Shown piece after piece: positions 54,022-62,801 of a stretch of 64,000 bases of DNA. A program made the position numbers and the translations under genes. The DNA lies in assembly GCA_016206155.1 (NCBI GenBank), contig JACQSC010000010.1:8073-72072 (forward strand), given 5' to 3'. The notes beneath the pieces are model-generated. The model saw only the letters and a program-made list of their open reading frames with translations, was not told the origin of the DNA and searched no databases. How positions within the stretch are numbered: position 1 is the stretch's first letter; each line of letters begins with the position of its first letter. Origin of the DNA: Candidatus Uhrbacteria bacterium (GTDB taxonomy: Bacteria > Patescibacteriota > Patescibacteriia > JACQRZ01).

Positions 54022-55896
54022 CTAGGCTTGGTGTTTCTTTTCAAGCTCGAACTCTTTCTTCGCCGCTTCGATCTCAAGTAATTGGCGCGGATCGGTCGTA
54101 ATCAGCTGATCCTCCGAGTAGGACGCAATCACTTTAATCGCAACGTGTTTGGTTCCCGCGAAAAAAATGCCCTCTCCCGGACCTCCTTCTAATAATAGAT
54201 ACTTCTCACCCTCTGTCAACAAGAATGTCTTCTGTACAACATCGATGGCCGCGGGCGATTGCTTGAGCAGGAGCTGAAGAGCGGAGTTCGTGAGAATCGC
54301 GCGTCCATATTCCGATGTCAAAAAGTCGTTCACGTCCTGCGTGATGGTGGATACCCCGAGATAGTACTTGCGGGCGCGCTTGACCAGCGCGAAGATAAAG
54401 CGCGCGGAGTCCTCGTGCTGCATCAGCCACCATGCCTCATCAATGACCAATATGCGACGCTTCACCTCCGAACGCACGACATTCCAGATGTAATTGACGA
54501 CCGTATAAATCGCAATGGGTCGAAGCTCGTCCTCAAGATCACGCACCGAAAAAACAACCAATTGATTTCGCGTCTCCACGTTTGTCTGATGGTTGAGGAG
54601 CCCTGCAAACGTCCCTTCGGTGTATTTCCGCAGTTTATTCGAAAGCCCTGCTCCTCCTTCCATACCCTCGAGAATATCCTGGAGGTCGGAAAGCGTCGGG
54701 GGCTGGATGCCTGCGGAGAGGTCGGCTTGCGGAGTAATATCTCGCTTGGCATATGCCTCAAGCAAGGCGCGATCCATGATGGAATCCTCCTCTTGCGTAA
54801 ACTCTCCAAGCATCAGGCGCGTGAGCCCTTTGAGCGTAATAACAGCGCTGCGAATAATATCGGCAACCGACGCTTGTTCCCCTACTGCCCGCGGCAGATC
54901 AAAGGGATTGATGCGGCTGGTTGAGGAAAGTGAGATGTTAATATAGGTGCCACCGACGGCATCGGAAAGGTGCTTGTACTCCCGCTCCGGATCAATAACC
55001 AGCACATCAGTCCCCATCATCATGGAGCGTAGAATTTCTAACTTAACGGCGAACGACTTACCGGCGCCGCTCGTTGCGAACACGGTGAGGTTCGCATTCT
55101 GGAGGCTGAACCGATCAAAGAGAATCAAGCTGTTGTTATGCCGATTAATCCCGTAGAGAATCCCATTGTCAGATGTGAGATCAGATGAGATAAATGGAAA
55201 GGCCGCCGCGGCCGGCGAGGTGTTCATGTTAAATGGAATAGCAAGCTCATCGTTGCAAAGCGGCAGGGTTGAATTGTATCCCTGCTCCGCTTGATACAGC
55301 ACGCGTTTGGTAAAAATCAGCTTCGATCCATAGAGTGATTCGATGTCCTCCGTCATCTTGTCGAGTTGCTCAAGCGTATCGGCATAGAGTGTTGTGTAAA
55401 CACCGATGGAAAAAAAGTGCTCAATGCCTTGCGTCAGGTCATCGCGCAATTGCTCCATATCGCGCAGCGCCGTCTCCGCTTGCGGATCGCGGGGCTTGCC
55501 GCGCTCCTGCCCGGAAGAAATCTCCGCCTCAACGCGCCCCACTTTATCGCGCAATTGTTTTAAAACAATGGGCGTCGGCAAAGGTGCAAAAAAGAGCCCG
55601 ACATCAAAAGACGCAGCATAGTTGATAATCGGAGAAAACCATCCGACATTGATATATCGCGGATAGCCGACGACAAAAAGCGTTCTGCAATACTTCGACC
55701 CAACACGGACATAGTTGGGCTGCACCTCAAACGCGGACGGGGCAATCAGATCCTTGACCGCGACCAAACCGCGCCGATACGCTAATTCCTCTTCAAGAAC
55801 GGCTTTTTGCGCCGCTTCTTTCTGCGCAGTTGGTGTGATGGGCTTTTTTTCGTGCTCCTCCTTTTTAGCTTTAATGGGTTTAAATGGCATAAACAT
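54022..55896 (-). CDS. VirB4/TrbE-like type IV secretion ATPase
   Basis: FATSGAGKSF Walker A, ILVIDEAWWL Walker B, VirB4 C-terminal domain architecture. Confidence 0.85.
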   Translation of the reverse strand: MFMPFKPIKAKKEEHEKKPITPTAQKEAAQKAVLEEELAYRRGLVAVKDLIAPSAFEVQPNYVRVGSKYCRTLFVVGYPRYINVGWFSPIINYAASFDVGLFFAPLPTPIVLKQLRDKVGRVEAEISSGQERGKPRDPQAETALRDMEQLRDDLTQGIEHFFSIGVYTTLYADTLEQLDKMTEDIESLYGSKLIFTKRVLYQAEQGYNSTLPLCNDELAIPFNMNTSPAAAAFPFISSDLTSDNGILYGINRHNNSLILFDRFSLQNANLTVFATSGAGKSFAVKLEILRSMMMGTDVLVIDPEREYKHLSDAVGGTYINISLSSTSRINPFDLPRAVGEQASVADIIRSAVITLKGLTRLMLGEFTQEEDSIMDRALLEAYAKRDITPQADLSAGIQPPTLSDLQDILEGMEGGAGLSNKLRKYTEGTFAGLLNHQTNVETRNQLVVFSVRDLEDELRPIAIYTVVNYIWNVVRSEVKRRILVIDEAWWLMQHEDSARFIFALVKRARKYYLGVSTITQDVNDFLTSEYGRAILTNSALQLLLKQSPAAIDVVQKTFLLTEGEKYLLLEGGPGEGIFFAGTKHVAIKVIASYSEDQLITTDPRQLLEIEAAKKEFELEKKHQA

Positions 55897-55903
55897 GATG
55901 TCA

Positions 55904-56061
55904 TTCGTAACTCGTAATCCGTAATCCGTAATTATTTTTGATTTTCGATTGAACTAATAAGCCCGTTAATAAGCTGCATAACCTCTTTTGATTATTCTCC
56001 AAGTTCTTTGCACTGTTCCTTGTACAAGTTACGAGTTACGGATTACGGATTACGAGTTACG
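55904..56061. repeat. Inverted pair of heptamer arrays (CGTAACT/CGTAATC units, ~28 bp each) flanking a 93-bp spacer
   Basis: Left cgtaactcgtaatccgtaatccgtaatt (55904-55935). Right ttacgagttacggattacggattacgagttacg (56029-56061). 27 of 28 positions are complementary. The left array is the VirB4 leader; the right array encodes the C-terminus and stop of the upstream gene. Confidence 0.75.
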
Positions 56062-56768
56062 TTCTCTTCGTTTTCCACCTGCAGCTTGCCAACCTCCGCC
56101 ATCCGCTGATTGGCTGCCGTCAGTGGGTTATAGGTGGTGTAGAGCAGTTCAATAAGGCTCTGCGTGTCAAGACGCGCGGCGTTCAGCGACATGCTCAAGA
56201 GCCCGGATATGACAGCATCAACGCGCTGATCCAGAATATGTTTTCGCTTTAAAAATGCTTCACGGCGCAGGGTGATCTCTCCAACGGCAGTAAACACGTT
56301 TGTCAGTTGACGGAAAAACCCGCGACGCGTATCGGTCGTCGGGTCATACGGTATGACGACATAAAACTTCTTATCCATAATATCGCCCAGTTGCACAAGC
56401 TCGCCGACGAATTGGCGGTAGTCCGCCATCTGCATCTTGAGCAGATCGTTCGTTTGCTGCGCCTCAAGCTCCTGCAAATGCGCAAGGTAGTGCGAGATAT
56501 CGTACTTGCGCGATTGAATGACGATCTGAAGCGGGTAGTCAATGGAGTTGAGAAACTGCTGATACGTCTGGATCGTCGCGTTCTGCTCGTCCTCCGACTT
56601 GAGAAAAAAGTTGACCGAGGATACGAGCAACGCTGCGCGCAACGTCCCGTCCTTCATAACGATCGTGTCATTTTTAATCTCCGCAACCTGAAGGTGCTTC
56701 TGCGTCGAGGCCGTTCCCTTCCCTGCTTTTGGGTTTGGTTCGGAGGTTTGTTTTTTCTTTTTTCCCAC
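56043..56768 (-). CDS. Hypothetical protein, possibly a stand-alone VirB4 N-terminal-domain-like component; the C-terminus ...ENVTRNP is encoded by heptamer repeats
   Basis: GTG start. Weak resemblance to the VirB4/TraC N-domain (LRAALLVSSVNFFLKSEDEQ...LQIVIQSRKYD). Position between the VirB3-like and VirB4 genes. Confidence 0.45.
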   Translation of the reverse strand: MGKKKKQTSEPNPKAGKGTASTQKHLQVAEIKNDTIVMKDGTLRAALLVSSVNFFLKSEDEQNATIQTYQQFLNSIDYPLQIVIQSRKYDISHYLAHLQELEAQQTNDLLKMQMADYRQFVGELVQLGDIMDKKFYVVIPYDPTTDTRRGFFRQLTNVFTAVGEITLRREAFLKRKHILDQRVDAVISGLLSMSLNAARLDTQSLIELLYTTYNPLTAANQRMAEVGKLQVENEENVTRNP

Positions 56769-56770
56769 AG

Positions 56771-56797
56771 ATTACGAGTTACGAGTTACGAGTTACG
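56771..56797. repeat. Heptamer array (TTACGAG)x3 that overlaps the stop of the 56779 gene and forms the leader of the 56043 gene
   Basis: attacgagttacgagttacgagttacg. On the minus strand it reads ...GAC GTA ACT CGT AAC TCG TAA (DVTRNS-stop). Confidence 0.75.
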
Positions 56798-57222
56798 TCC
56801 TGACGATACGCCCCGCCGGTGTCGACAATGAGGGCAAGGTCGCTGAGACGATGGCTGCCGACAAGCGCGCGCGGCCGCTCAGGGGGCAATGGAGCCTCCC
56901 GCTCTTCTTTCGTTTCTTTTGCGTGGCGCACATGGCGCGCCTCTTTTTTCCAAACCCGCAAAGAAGGCCGACTTGCGGTACGTATAATATTGAGGAGAAA
57001 AAAGTGAAACGGCTGGCCGTTGACGCGATAGAACGCGAGCGTTGCCGCGACCCCGCCGATAATAATCGCCATTATGACAAAGAGCGTCAAGTCGGATGTC
57101 TTGTACGCCACGTAAATCATCCCAGCGGCAACCAGGAGTATGACAAACTGCCGCGCCGTTATAGGCCCCAAGATGCGGTCTTCATTCTCAATGAATTGCG
57201 GAACGGTTATTTGATCCATCAC
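56779..57222 (-). CDS. VirB3/PrgI-like small membrane protein
   Basis: ILGPITARQFVILLVAAGMIYVAY followed by a second TM. Ends ...QDVTRNS inside the heptamer repeats. An ATG alternative start lies at 57219. Confidence 0.5.
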   Translation of the reverse strand: MMDQITVPQFIENEDRILGPITARQFVILLVAAGMIYVAYKTSDLTLFVIMAIIIGGVAATLAFYRVNGQPFHFFLLNIIRTASRPSLRVWKKEARHVRHAKETKEEREAPLPPERPRALVGSHRLSDLALIVDTGGAYRQDVTRNS

Positions 57223-57225
57223 TGC

Positions 57226-57264
57226 GAGAATTAAGAATGACGAATTAAGAATTACGAATGATTG
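57226..57264. repeat. Heptamer array (AGAATTA/CGAATTA-type) that forms the leader of the 56779 gene and encodes the IRNS-stop tail of the 57245 gene
   Basis: gagaattaagaatgacgaattaagaattacgaatgattg. On the minus strand it reads ATT CGT AAT TCT TAA. Confidence 0.7.
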
Positions 57265-57640
57265 ATTTTGTGCCCCTGATCAGACCATTGATAATTTTAC
57301 TTACCACTATGGTAAGATCAGCGATTTTCTTAAAGGTGCTTCTCTCGACATAGCCTATATCCCTTGCTATCAACAATTGATTCTGAATTTCCGTAAGCGA
57401 CCCAAGGGCCATTGAGTAAAACTGCGCCTTCTCTTTATAGGAATTTCTGCTGAAGCCTTCAGCAATATTTGACGTTATGGAAACAGCTGCCCTACGCAAT
57501 TGATTTGTTAAACCGAACTGTTCATCTTTTGGAAACGTTGTTGTAATTTTGTATATCTCTAAAACGAGAGCGTGCCCTTCTTGCCAGGCCTTGAGATCTG
57601 TAAATGATTGTATCTTGCTTCTGCTTAATTCTTGATTCAT
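57245..57640 (-). CDS. Four-helix-bundle protein (23S rRNA IVS protein / Avd-like family)
   Basis: LKAWQEGHALVLEIYKITTTFPKDEQFGLTNQLRRAAVSITSNIAEG is characteristic of the TIGR02436-type family. Confidence 0.7.
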   Translation of the reverse strand: MNQELSRSKIQSFTDLKAWQEGHALVLEIYKITTTFPKDEQFGLTNQLRRAAVSITSNIAEGFSRNSYKEKAQFYSMALGSLTEIQNQLLIARDIGYVERSTFKKIADLTIVVSKIINGLIRGTKSIIRNS

Positions 57641-57672
57641 AATTCTTAATTCTTCATTGCAGACAGTATACC
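57641..57672 (-). promoter_or_regulatory. Promoter (gGTATACT) and AGAATTA heptamer leader of the four-helix-bundle gene
   Basis: Minus strand TATACTGTCTGCAATGAAGAATTAAGAATT-ATG. Confidence 0.6.
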
Positions 57673-57695
57673 ATTATTCTGAAGGCATCACAACG

Positions 57696-60431
57696 CTAGT
57701 GCCGTAACTTCTCGTTCACATCAAGGAGCGCGTCGAATTCTTCTGGTGTAAGATACTCTTTCCCTGCGCTTTTCCTCTCTTCAATAAGTTTCGTCATGTC
57801 CTGTCCAAAATTCTGTTGGCCAATCTCAAGATAGAGCTGGTAGGCAGGGCTCTCCTTCCATGCGTTTATCGCCTCGGCTTTTTTGCTCAGGGATTCTTTT
57901 CCCAGCGCGTTAATTTTTTCCAAAATTTTCTGTGTCGCCGCATCAGGATCCTGTGAAATGCGGCGGAGGTCCTTGATGGTCAATGCGCGCAGTTCATCAA
58001 TGGGTCCGACAAGGCGCACCGGCGCTTTCACGTCCGGTATTGGTTTTTTGTCCGCGCCAACGGCAGTTTTTGCCACCGCTCCTCCGCCAGATTCTGAAGC
58101 TTTTGCCGTAACCACAATGGGAATATCCTTTGCATCTTCAAGATGTTCGGGCACCTTCACCGGCTCGGAAATGGTGTCTGGCTCGGAAATGGTGTCTGGT
58201 TTCATTTCTCCGGAAATGATACCTGACACCATTTCCGGAGCTAACTCAGGAGTTTCCTCAGGAGTTTTTTCTGGAACAACAGGCGTCTCTTCTTTCTTTT
58301 TTCCGTTCGCCTTTTTCTCGACTTTCTCAACAATAGTCGGCACCCCTCCCACTTCCTTAATAACCATCTTCGGAGGAGTGGGGTCTGGCTCTGACCCCGT
58401 TCCCACATACTCCCCACTCCTTCCTTCAGCAACAGCTTGTGCCGCTCGTGCCGCCTCCTGCAAGAGCTTCTCAGCATCCTCTGAGGACAAACCAGTGCCG
58501 CCTTCAGCGGTTGGCGCGCACAATCGATCTTTTGTGTCTATCGCATTGCGGATGTTGCGCAGCAGCGTCACGATAATTTTCTTCACCCGCTCTCGATTGT
58601 CGTCAGTAAGGATTGCACCCGCCTTGTTAGTCACCGCATCGGCAACCGCCATAAAATCAATTCCCGTTCCCACTGCCTGATTCTTAATTCGTAATTCTTG
58701 ATTCTGCATTGTCGGCGCCTCAACAATAGTAATCGTCGGTGTCGGTACCGCTGGGGTCTGGCTTAATCCTGCTTTGTCATCCCGAACCTCCTCTTTGTCA
58801 TCCCGGCGAAGGCCGGGATCCATTTGTCCCTGACCCCGTTCTGCGCTTTCAACGACCGTCTCCTCTTCCTGTGAAAGAGCGTCAGACATTATTTTCATAA
58901 CTCTCTCGCGTGTGTTCTCCTCTTCTTCTGAGAGTTGAAACGGTATGACCATCCAATCTATACGTGGCAATTCCAATAAACTGTTTGGAAACCCTTTGAG
59001 AACGAGATAAGTATCCAAGAGTTTGCGCAGCGCCTCGCGATCGCGCTCAACGAGTTTTGGCGCGGCGGCGCTTTGTGTCAGATATTTCGCAAGCGTGAGA
59101 GACGATCCCTCGCCTTTGGAAAATCCCAAAAAGTCCTTGATCCAGTTGCCAACCGTCGGATCTGCCCCGTTCACCTGCTCTGTTCCAATCTTCTGCTCGT
59201 TTTTATACATCGCATTAAGGAGCTCCTGCGCATACCCCTCGATCTCGTTGAGAAGTTGCAAAATCGTCGTGTTCAATGCGGGAAGAATAGAGTCATTCCC
59301 ATACAGATGGAATACAAGCGTGGTTTGGAAAAGATGCGCCATGTCATGCCTCTCTTTTTCAACATCCTTTATGGTATAGCTCTCGTATATCTTTTGGGCA
59401 ACATCAATGAATATCTTCTGCGCCGCTATATTCAATCGGCTTCCTTGAACGTCCTTGTCGGGGTTGCCGCCAAGCGATCGATACAATTCCCGCTGATCGC
59501 CAAAATGATAGGGGAACAGAAGAACGACATTCAGAAAAATCTCACGAGCGCAAAGCTGATCTCTTTCATCCTTAAATGCACAAATGCTGTCGATTTCAGC
59601 CGCAAGATTCTCAACAGGAAGTTCTTTGGTCCACACATTGAGAATGGTCTCATTAATACGGCCAACCTGTTCATCAGAGAGCTGAAACGCTTCCTTTAAC
59701 TGGCTAAGAAAGATGTCGTAGTCGGCTGTGAGATTTACTTCTTGGATATAGTCAGGGATTGAGAAAAGTTTTTTGGCGTCAGGAGAAAACGCAATCTTTG
59801 CGGCAAACTTTTTCACCGCTTCCTGGCCATGATCTCTGAGGTCAAGCGCAATCGCGTGACAAGCATCTTTCATCGCGTCAATCCCTTCGCGTGCGCGGCG
59901 TAACATGACATGGGGTGTGGCTATGTCTGTAACGTGCTCACGAACTGCGGCAAAAATATCTTCATTATGAATGCTTGTTGCGGGAATAGAGAGAAGAATA
60001 TCAGCCGCAAAGTCCGGATTCTTGCACGCATCGGCAATGAGCGCAGTTGTTGCCGCGCGCCGTAATGGATCAGAAAGCGCCCACGTTCCGTCATCGGCGA
60101 GCGCGAGAAAGCGCCCGGTCAAACCATGCGCGCGGCCGAGCATGCGAACCGCACACACAAAGCCATTCGTATAGTTGTTTGGTTCACGCTCTGCGAATCG
60201 AATTCCTGCTTCGAGCTGGGGCAAAAGCGCTTCCATCTGCACCTTTAGTGCATCACGAACATCCGGCTTTATAAACACAAGCCTGTCAAACGCAAGTAGC
60301 GCCTTTGCACTATCGTTTTGCCCGACCAAATATAAGGCGCCAACCAACACCCAACTCACATCCTTGACGGTAATGTTGTCGAGGTTGAATATCCCCTGTT
60401 CTATAAATTGTGCGAGCTGTTCTGAAGTCAT
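57696..60431 (-). CDS. Large hypothetical protein (911 aa) in the T4SS-like cluster; carries elements A and B, an ELRIKNQ heptamer insertion and a Pro/Glu/Lys-rich low-complexity region
   Basis: No catalytic motif recognised. In-frame segments QMDPGLRRDDKEEVRDDKAGL, MVSGIISGEMKPDTISEPDTISEP and MQNQELRIKNQ. Confidence 0.6.
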   Translation of the reverse strand: MTSEQLAQFIEQGIFNLDNITVKDVSWVLVGALYLVGQNDSAKALLAFDRLVFIKPDVRDALKVQMEALLPQLEAGIRFAEREPNNYTNGFVCAVRMLGRAHGLTGRFLALADDGTWALSDPLRRAATTALIADACKNPDFAADILLSIPATSIHNEDIFAAVREHVTDIATPHVMLRRAREGIDAMKDACHAIALDLRDHGQEAVKKFAAKIAFSPDAKKLFSIPDYIQEVNLTADYDIFLSQLKEAFQLSDEQVGRINETILNVWTKELPVENLAAEIDSICAFKDERDQLCAREIFLNVVLLFPYHFGDQRELYRSLGGNPDKDVQGSRLNIAAQKIFIDVAQKIYESYTIKDVEKERHDMAHLFQTTLVFHLYGNDSILPALNTTILQLLNEIEGYAQELLNAMYKNEQKIGTEQVNGADPTVGNWIKDFLGFSKGEGSSLTLAKYLTQSAAAPKLVERDREALRKLLDTYLVLKGFPNSLLELPRIDWMVIPFQLSEEEENTRERVMKIMSDALSQEEETVVESAERGQGQMDPGLRRDDKEEVRDDKAGLSQTPAVPTPTITIVEAPTMQNQELRIKNQAVGTGIDFMAVADAVTNKAGAILTDDNRERVKKIIVTLLRNIRNAIDTKDRLCAPTAEGGTGLSSEDAEKLLQEAARAAQAVAEGRSGEYVGTGSEPDPTPPKMVIKEVGGVPTIVEKVEKKANGKKKEETPVVPEKTPEETPELAPEMVSGIISGEMKPDTISEPDTISEPVKVPEHLEDAKDIPIVVTAKASESGGGAVAKTAVGADKKPIPDVKAPVRLVGPIDELRALTIKDLRRISQDPDAATQKILEKINALGKESLSKKAEAINAWKESPAYQLYLEIGQQNFGQDMTKLIEERKSAGKEYLTPEEFDALLDVNEKLRH
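58163..58238. repeat. Element B inside the 911-aa gene (ggctcggaaatggtgtctgg x2 ... cctgacaccatttccgg), in frame
   Basis: Encodes MVSGIISGEMKPDTISEPDTISEP. Followed by the tandem ctcaggagttt x2. Confidence 0.7.
58771..58835. repeat. Element A derivative inside the 911-aa gene (ctttgtcatcccg x2 ... gccgggatcc, plus ctgaccccgtt), in frame
   Basis: tttgtcatcccgaacctcctctttgtcatcccggcgaaggccgggatccatttgtccctgaccccgtt. Confidence 0.7.
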
Positions 60432-60461
60432 ACTAGTAAAGCACCATCTCTCTTAAGGATT

Positions 60462-62672
60462 TCACGTGCGGTTTTGATCGCGAATCGCATCAATAAGTCT
60501 CTGAAAATCTGCAGCGGTTGGCGGCGGTCCCGCCGCCCCTGGCGGTGGTGGTGGGCCCCAGCGCGCGATCTCAACCTGATGCGCATTGATCATTGATGCA
60601 AATCGTCCAAATTGAGCAACGAGCTCGTCAGGAGCATACCCGTTAACTAGATCTTGCGACATGGCAACCTTTGCCGCCGCACGTTCAATATCTGAGTAGC
60701 CTGGTGCTGTACCGTTTGCAACTGAATTTCGTAGCTCGGGGGTAAGTCGTTGCATCTCTCTAATCAATCTTCCCATGGTGCTGTCAAGGGCATCTGCGGC
60801 AGCAAGTGTTTGTGACTCACCGCTCCTTTGAATATCGGTCACAACACCGGGACCGTAAATGACTCCAATTCCTGCGCTTGCAAGGGCGCCATGCCCAGCT
60901 GCTGCCACACCGGATGCTCCGGCCATTCCCGGCATACCCGCCATGCCTTCCATACCCCACATGCCAACTTGACTAGCAAGCCATGCCTTCCCCATTTCCA
61001 TTGTAATCTTTGGCATTGCCGTTAGGACACTATCACGTACATTTCTTGCCTCAAGATTCTCCGCTTCGTTAATATTTCTATATGCAGCAGCGCGCTCTTG
61101 CGTCGCTAGCATGCGCAAACCCGGAGCAGCAACTGGGTCATTCCGTGCCAGCGCATCTAAACGCTCTGCTTCACGCATACTAATTGCTGCCTCGGTGCGC
61201 AAGTTTGGTGCCCGCTCTGCGGCATCTTGCTTTCTAGCGGCTAAACGATCCTGATGTCCCTTGCCCCATCCAAGTACACCCCCTGACACATTGCCAAAAA
61301 ACCGATCTGCCGCCGAGGATGCTCTGCCAAGTTGCTCGTGTATTGCGCGTACGGGAGCAATTCGATCGAAAGCCTCCCTCCCCAATCGTCGCGCTGTTTG
61401 TCCGGGCAACTTTTTGGCAATACCCGCAACTTGTGCCAGACGCGCAGCGCGACGCTGTGTTCTTTGCTCCCGCTCCTGTCGTCGAATTTTCGCATATGCG
61501 CCCAACGTCTCTCGCGCTCGGCGAAACGGACTGAACGGTCCGCGTTTACCCGCCATCCAGTCCTTGGCAAACGATGCGGCACCACCGGCAATACTCCCGC
61601 CAACCGATGACAGCTGCTGCGCCGCCATGAGCGATCCAAGCAACATGACTATGCCAAGGATGTAGCTTGCAGTGCCTCCCAGAGTGCCAATAATGGAACT
61701 GCCGAGGCTTCCGAATTGTTTATCTCCAGACCACTCCGGTTTATTGGCTAAATCAAGCCCCAATTCACTTGCAATATAAATAGTTGACCCATCGGTAGTA
61801 CCCTCCATCTGTGTTGCGACAACTGTAAGCGAGAGCCAAAGAAAGAACGCCATCACCGGTCCAAGCAACAAATAGCTGACAAATTGCTCCTGCCATTTTG
61901 AAAAATATCCGCGGTCATTGGGAAGCGACATCAAAAAGAACGCCGCCGGGGAAAGGATAATGAGAAACCACAATGCGACGATACGAATAACAAGCATCAC
62001 AACCATTATCACAACGACAATAAAGGCAACAACAACATAAAAAAATGCTAAGAGCATGCCGGTCGCGGCCATCGTTCCACTAACAGGGTCATTGCTCCCT
62101 CCGACATGTTTGAGGAGCCCATGAAGACCAATGAGCACGGCAAAGTTGCCTCCGCCGGCAGACGAGATCGCACCCATGAACGTCATCATCACCACCTGTG
62201 CCGCGTCAATGGCAATGCCGCAGATTGTTTTTGAAAAATTGACGAGGATAGCGGCGGCAAGAAACTTCGGTAATGTTTGAGAATAGTGGTACTGCTGCTG
62301 CTGAAGAATGGTGCCAATAGCAATGGCAAGCAGAACCAAGACAAAGAACATGTTGACAAAATCGCGGACAACAACCCAGCCGGTGGTAACGGCTGTTGAT
62401 GCCAAAAACTGATTGTAGTTGCCAACCGCAAGGAGCACCCAGATAAAATTCAAGAGCATCCACCCAATCGTCTGAACAAGCCAACCAACCAATCCGCCAA
62501 CAATTTTTGTAAGCGATGCGGTGGTAAAATCTCCAATGTTGTCAAGGATCCCTGCCGCCTGTATGCTATTCCCAAAAACAAAAACCCCTGTGCCGATAAA
62601 AAATAAAACAAGGGCTGCGGCTGTTATGGTGCCTAACCTTTTCTTTTTGATGCTACTAAAAAACTGCCTCAT
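60462..62672 (-). CDS. TrbL/VirB6-like polytopic membrane protein with a long hydrophilic C-terminal tail
   Basis: More than 8 TM helices in the N-terminal 330 aa (TrbL/VirB6-like topology), then a Gly/Ala-rich linker and a charged C-terminal region. Confidence 0.65.
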   Translation of the reverse strand: MRQFFSSIKKKRLGTITAAALVLFFIGTGVFVFGNSIQAAGILDNIGDFTTASLTKIVGGLVGWLVQTIGWMLLNFIWVLLAVGNYNQFLASTAVTTGWVVVRDFVNMFFVLVLLAIAIGTILQQQQYHYSQTLPKFLAAAILVNFSKTICGIAIDAAQVVMMTFMGAISSAGGGNFAVLIGLHGLLKHVGGSNDPVSGTMAATGMLLAFFYVVVAFIVVVIMVVMLVIRIVALWFLIILSPAAFFLMSLPNDRGYFSKWQEQFVSYLLLGPVMAFFLWLSLTVVATQMEGTTDGSTIYIASELGLDLANKPEWSGDKQFGSLGSSIIGTLGGTASYILGIVMLLGSLMAAQQLSSVGGSIAGGAASFAKDWMAGKRGPFSPFRRARETLGAYAKIRRQEREQRTQRRAARLAQVAGIAKKLPGQTARRLGREAFDRIAPVRAIHEQLGRASSAADRFFGNVSGGVLGWGKGHQDRLAARKQDAAERAPNLRTEAAISMREAERLDALARNDPVAAPGLRMLATQERAAAYRNINEAENLEARNVRDSVLTAMPKITMEMGKAWLASQVGMWGMEGMAGMPGMAGASGVAAAGHGALASAGIGVIYGPGVVTDIQRSGESQTLAAADALDSTMGRLIREMQRLTPELRNSVANGTAPGYSDIERAAAKVAMSQDLVNGYAPDELVAQFGRFASMINAHQVEIARWGPPPPPGAAGPPPTAADFQRLIDAIRDQNRT

Positions 62673-62741
62673 GAAACGCGACCATGAGTGATAGCTCTAG
62701 TATACCATGCGCAAGAAAGAAAAACAGTGGACGACTAAGAA

Positions 62742-62795
62742 TTGTCATCCCGGTCCCTCGGGGGTACTCGGGATAAACTCCGGCCGGGATCCAGG
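62742..62795. repeat. Palindromic element A, second full copy (inverted orientation relative to 15006-15056)
   Basis: ttgtcatcccggtccctcgggggtactcgggataaactccggccgggatccagg. Its reverse complement is about 90% identical to the copy at 15006-15056. Confidence 0.75.
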
Positions 62796-62801
62796 CCAAA
62801 A

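Noticed and set aside
57245-57640. A diversity-generating retroelement, suggested by the Avd-like four-helix-bundle protein
   Set aside because: No reverse transcriptase and no template/variable repeat pair are visible in this window. The protein is called only as an IVS/Avd-family four-helix bundle.
1106-57672. The heptamer arrays as CRISPR arrays
   Set aside because: The period is 7 nt with no spacers, the arrays are 20-60 bp long, and they are tied to gene boundaries. They are not CRISPR repeats (which run more than 20 bp per repeat with unique spacers).
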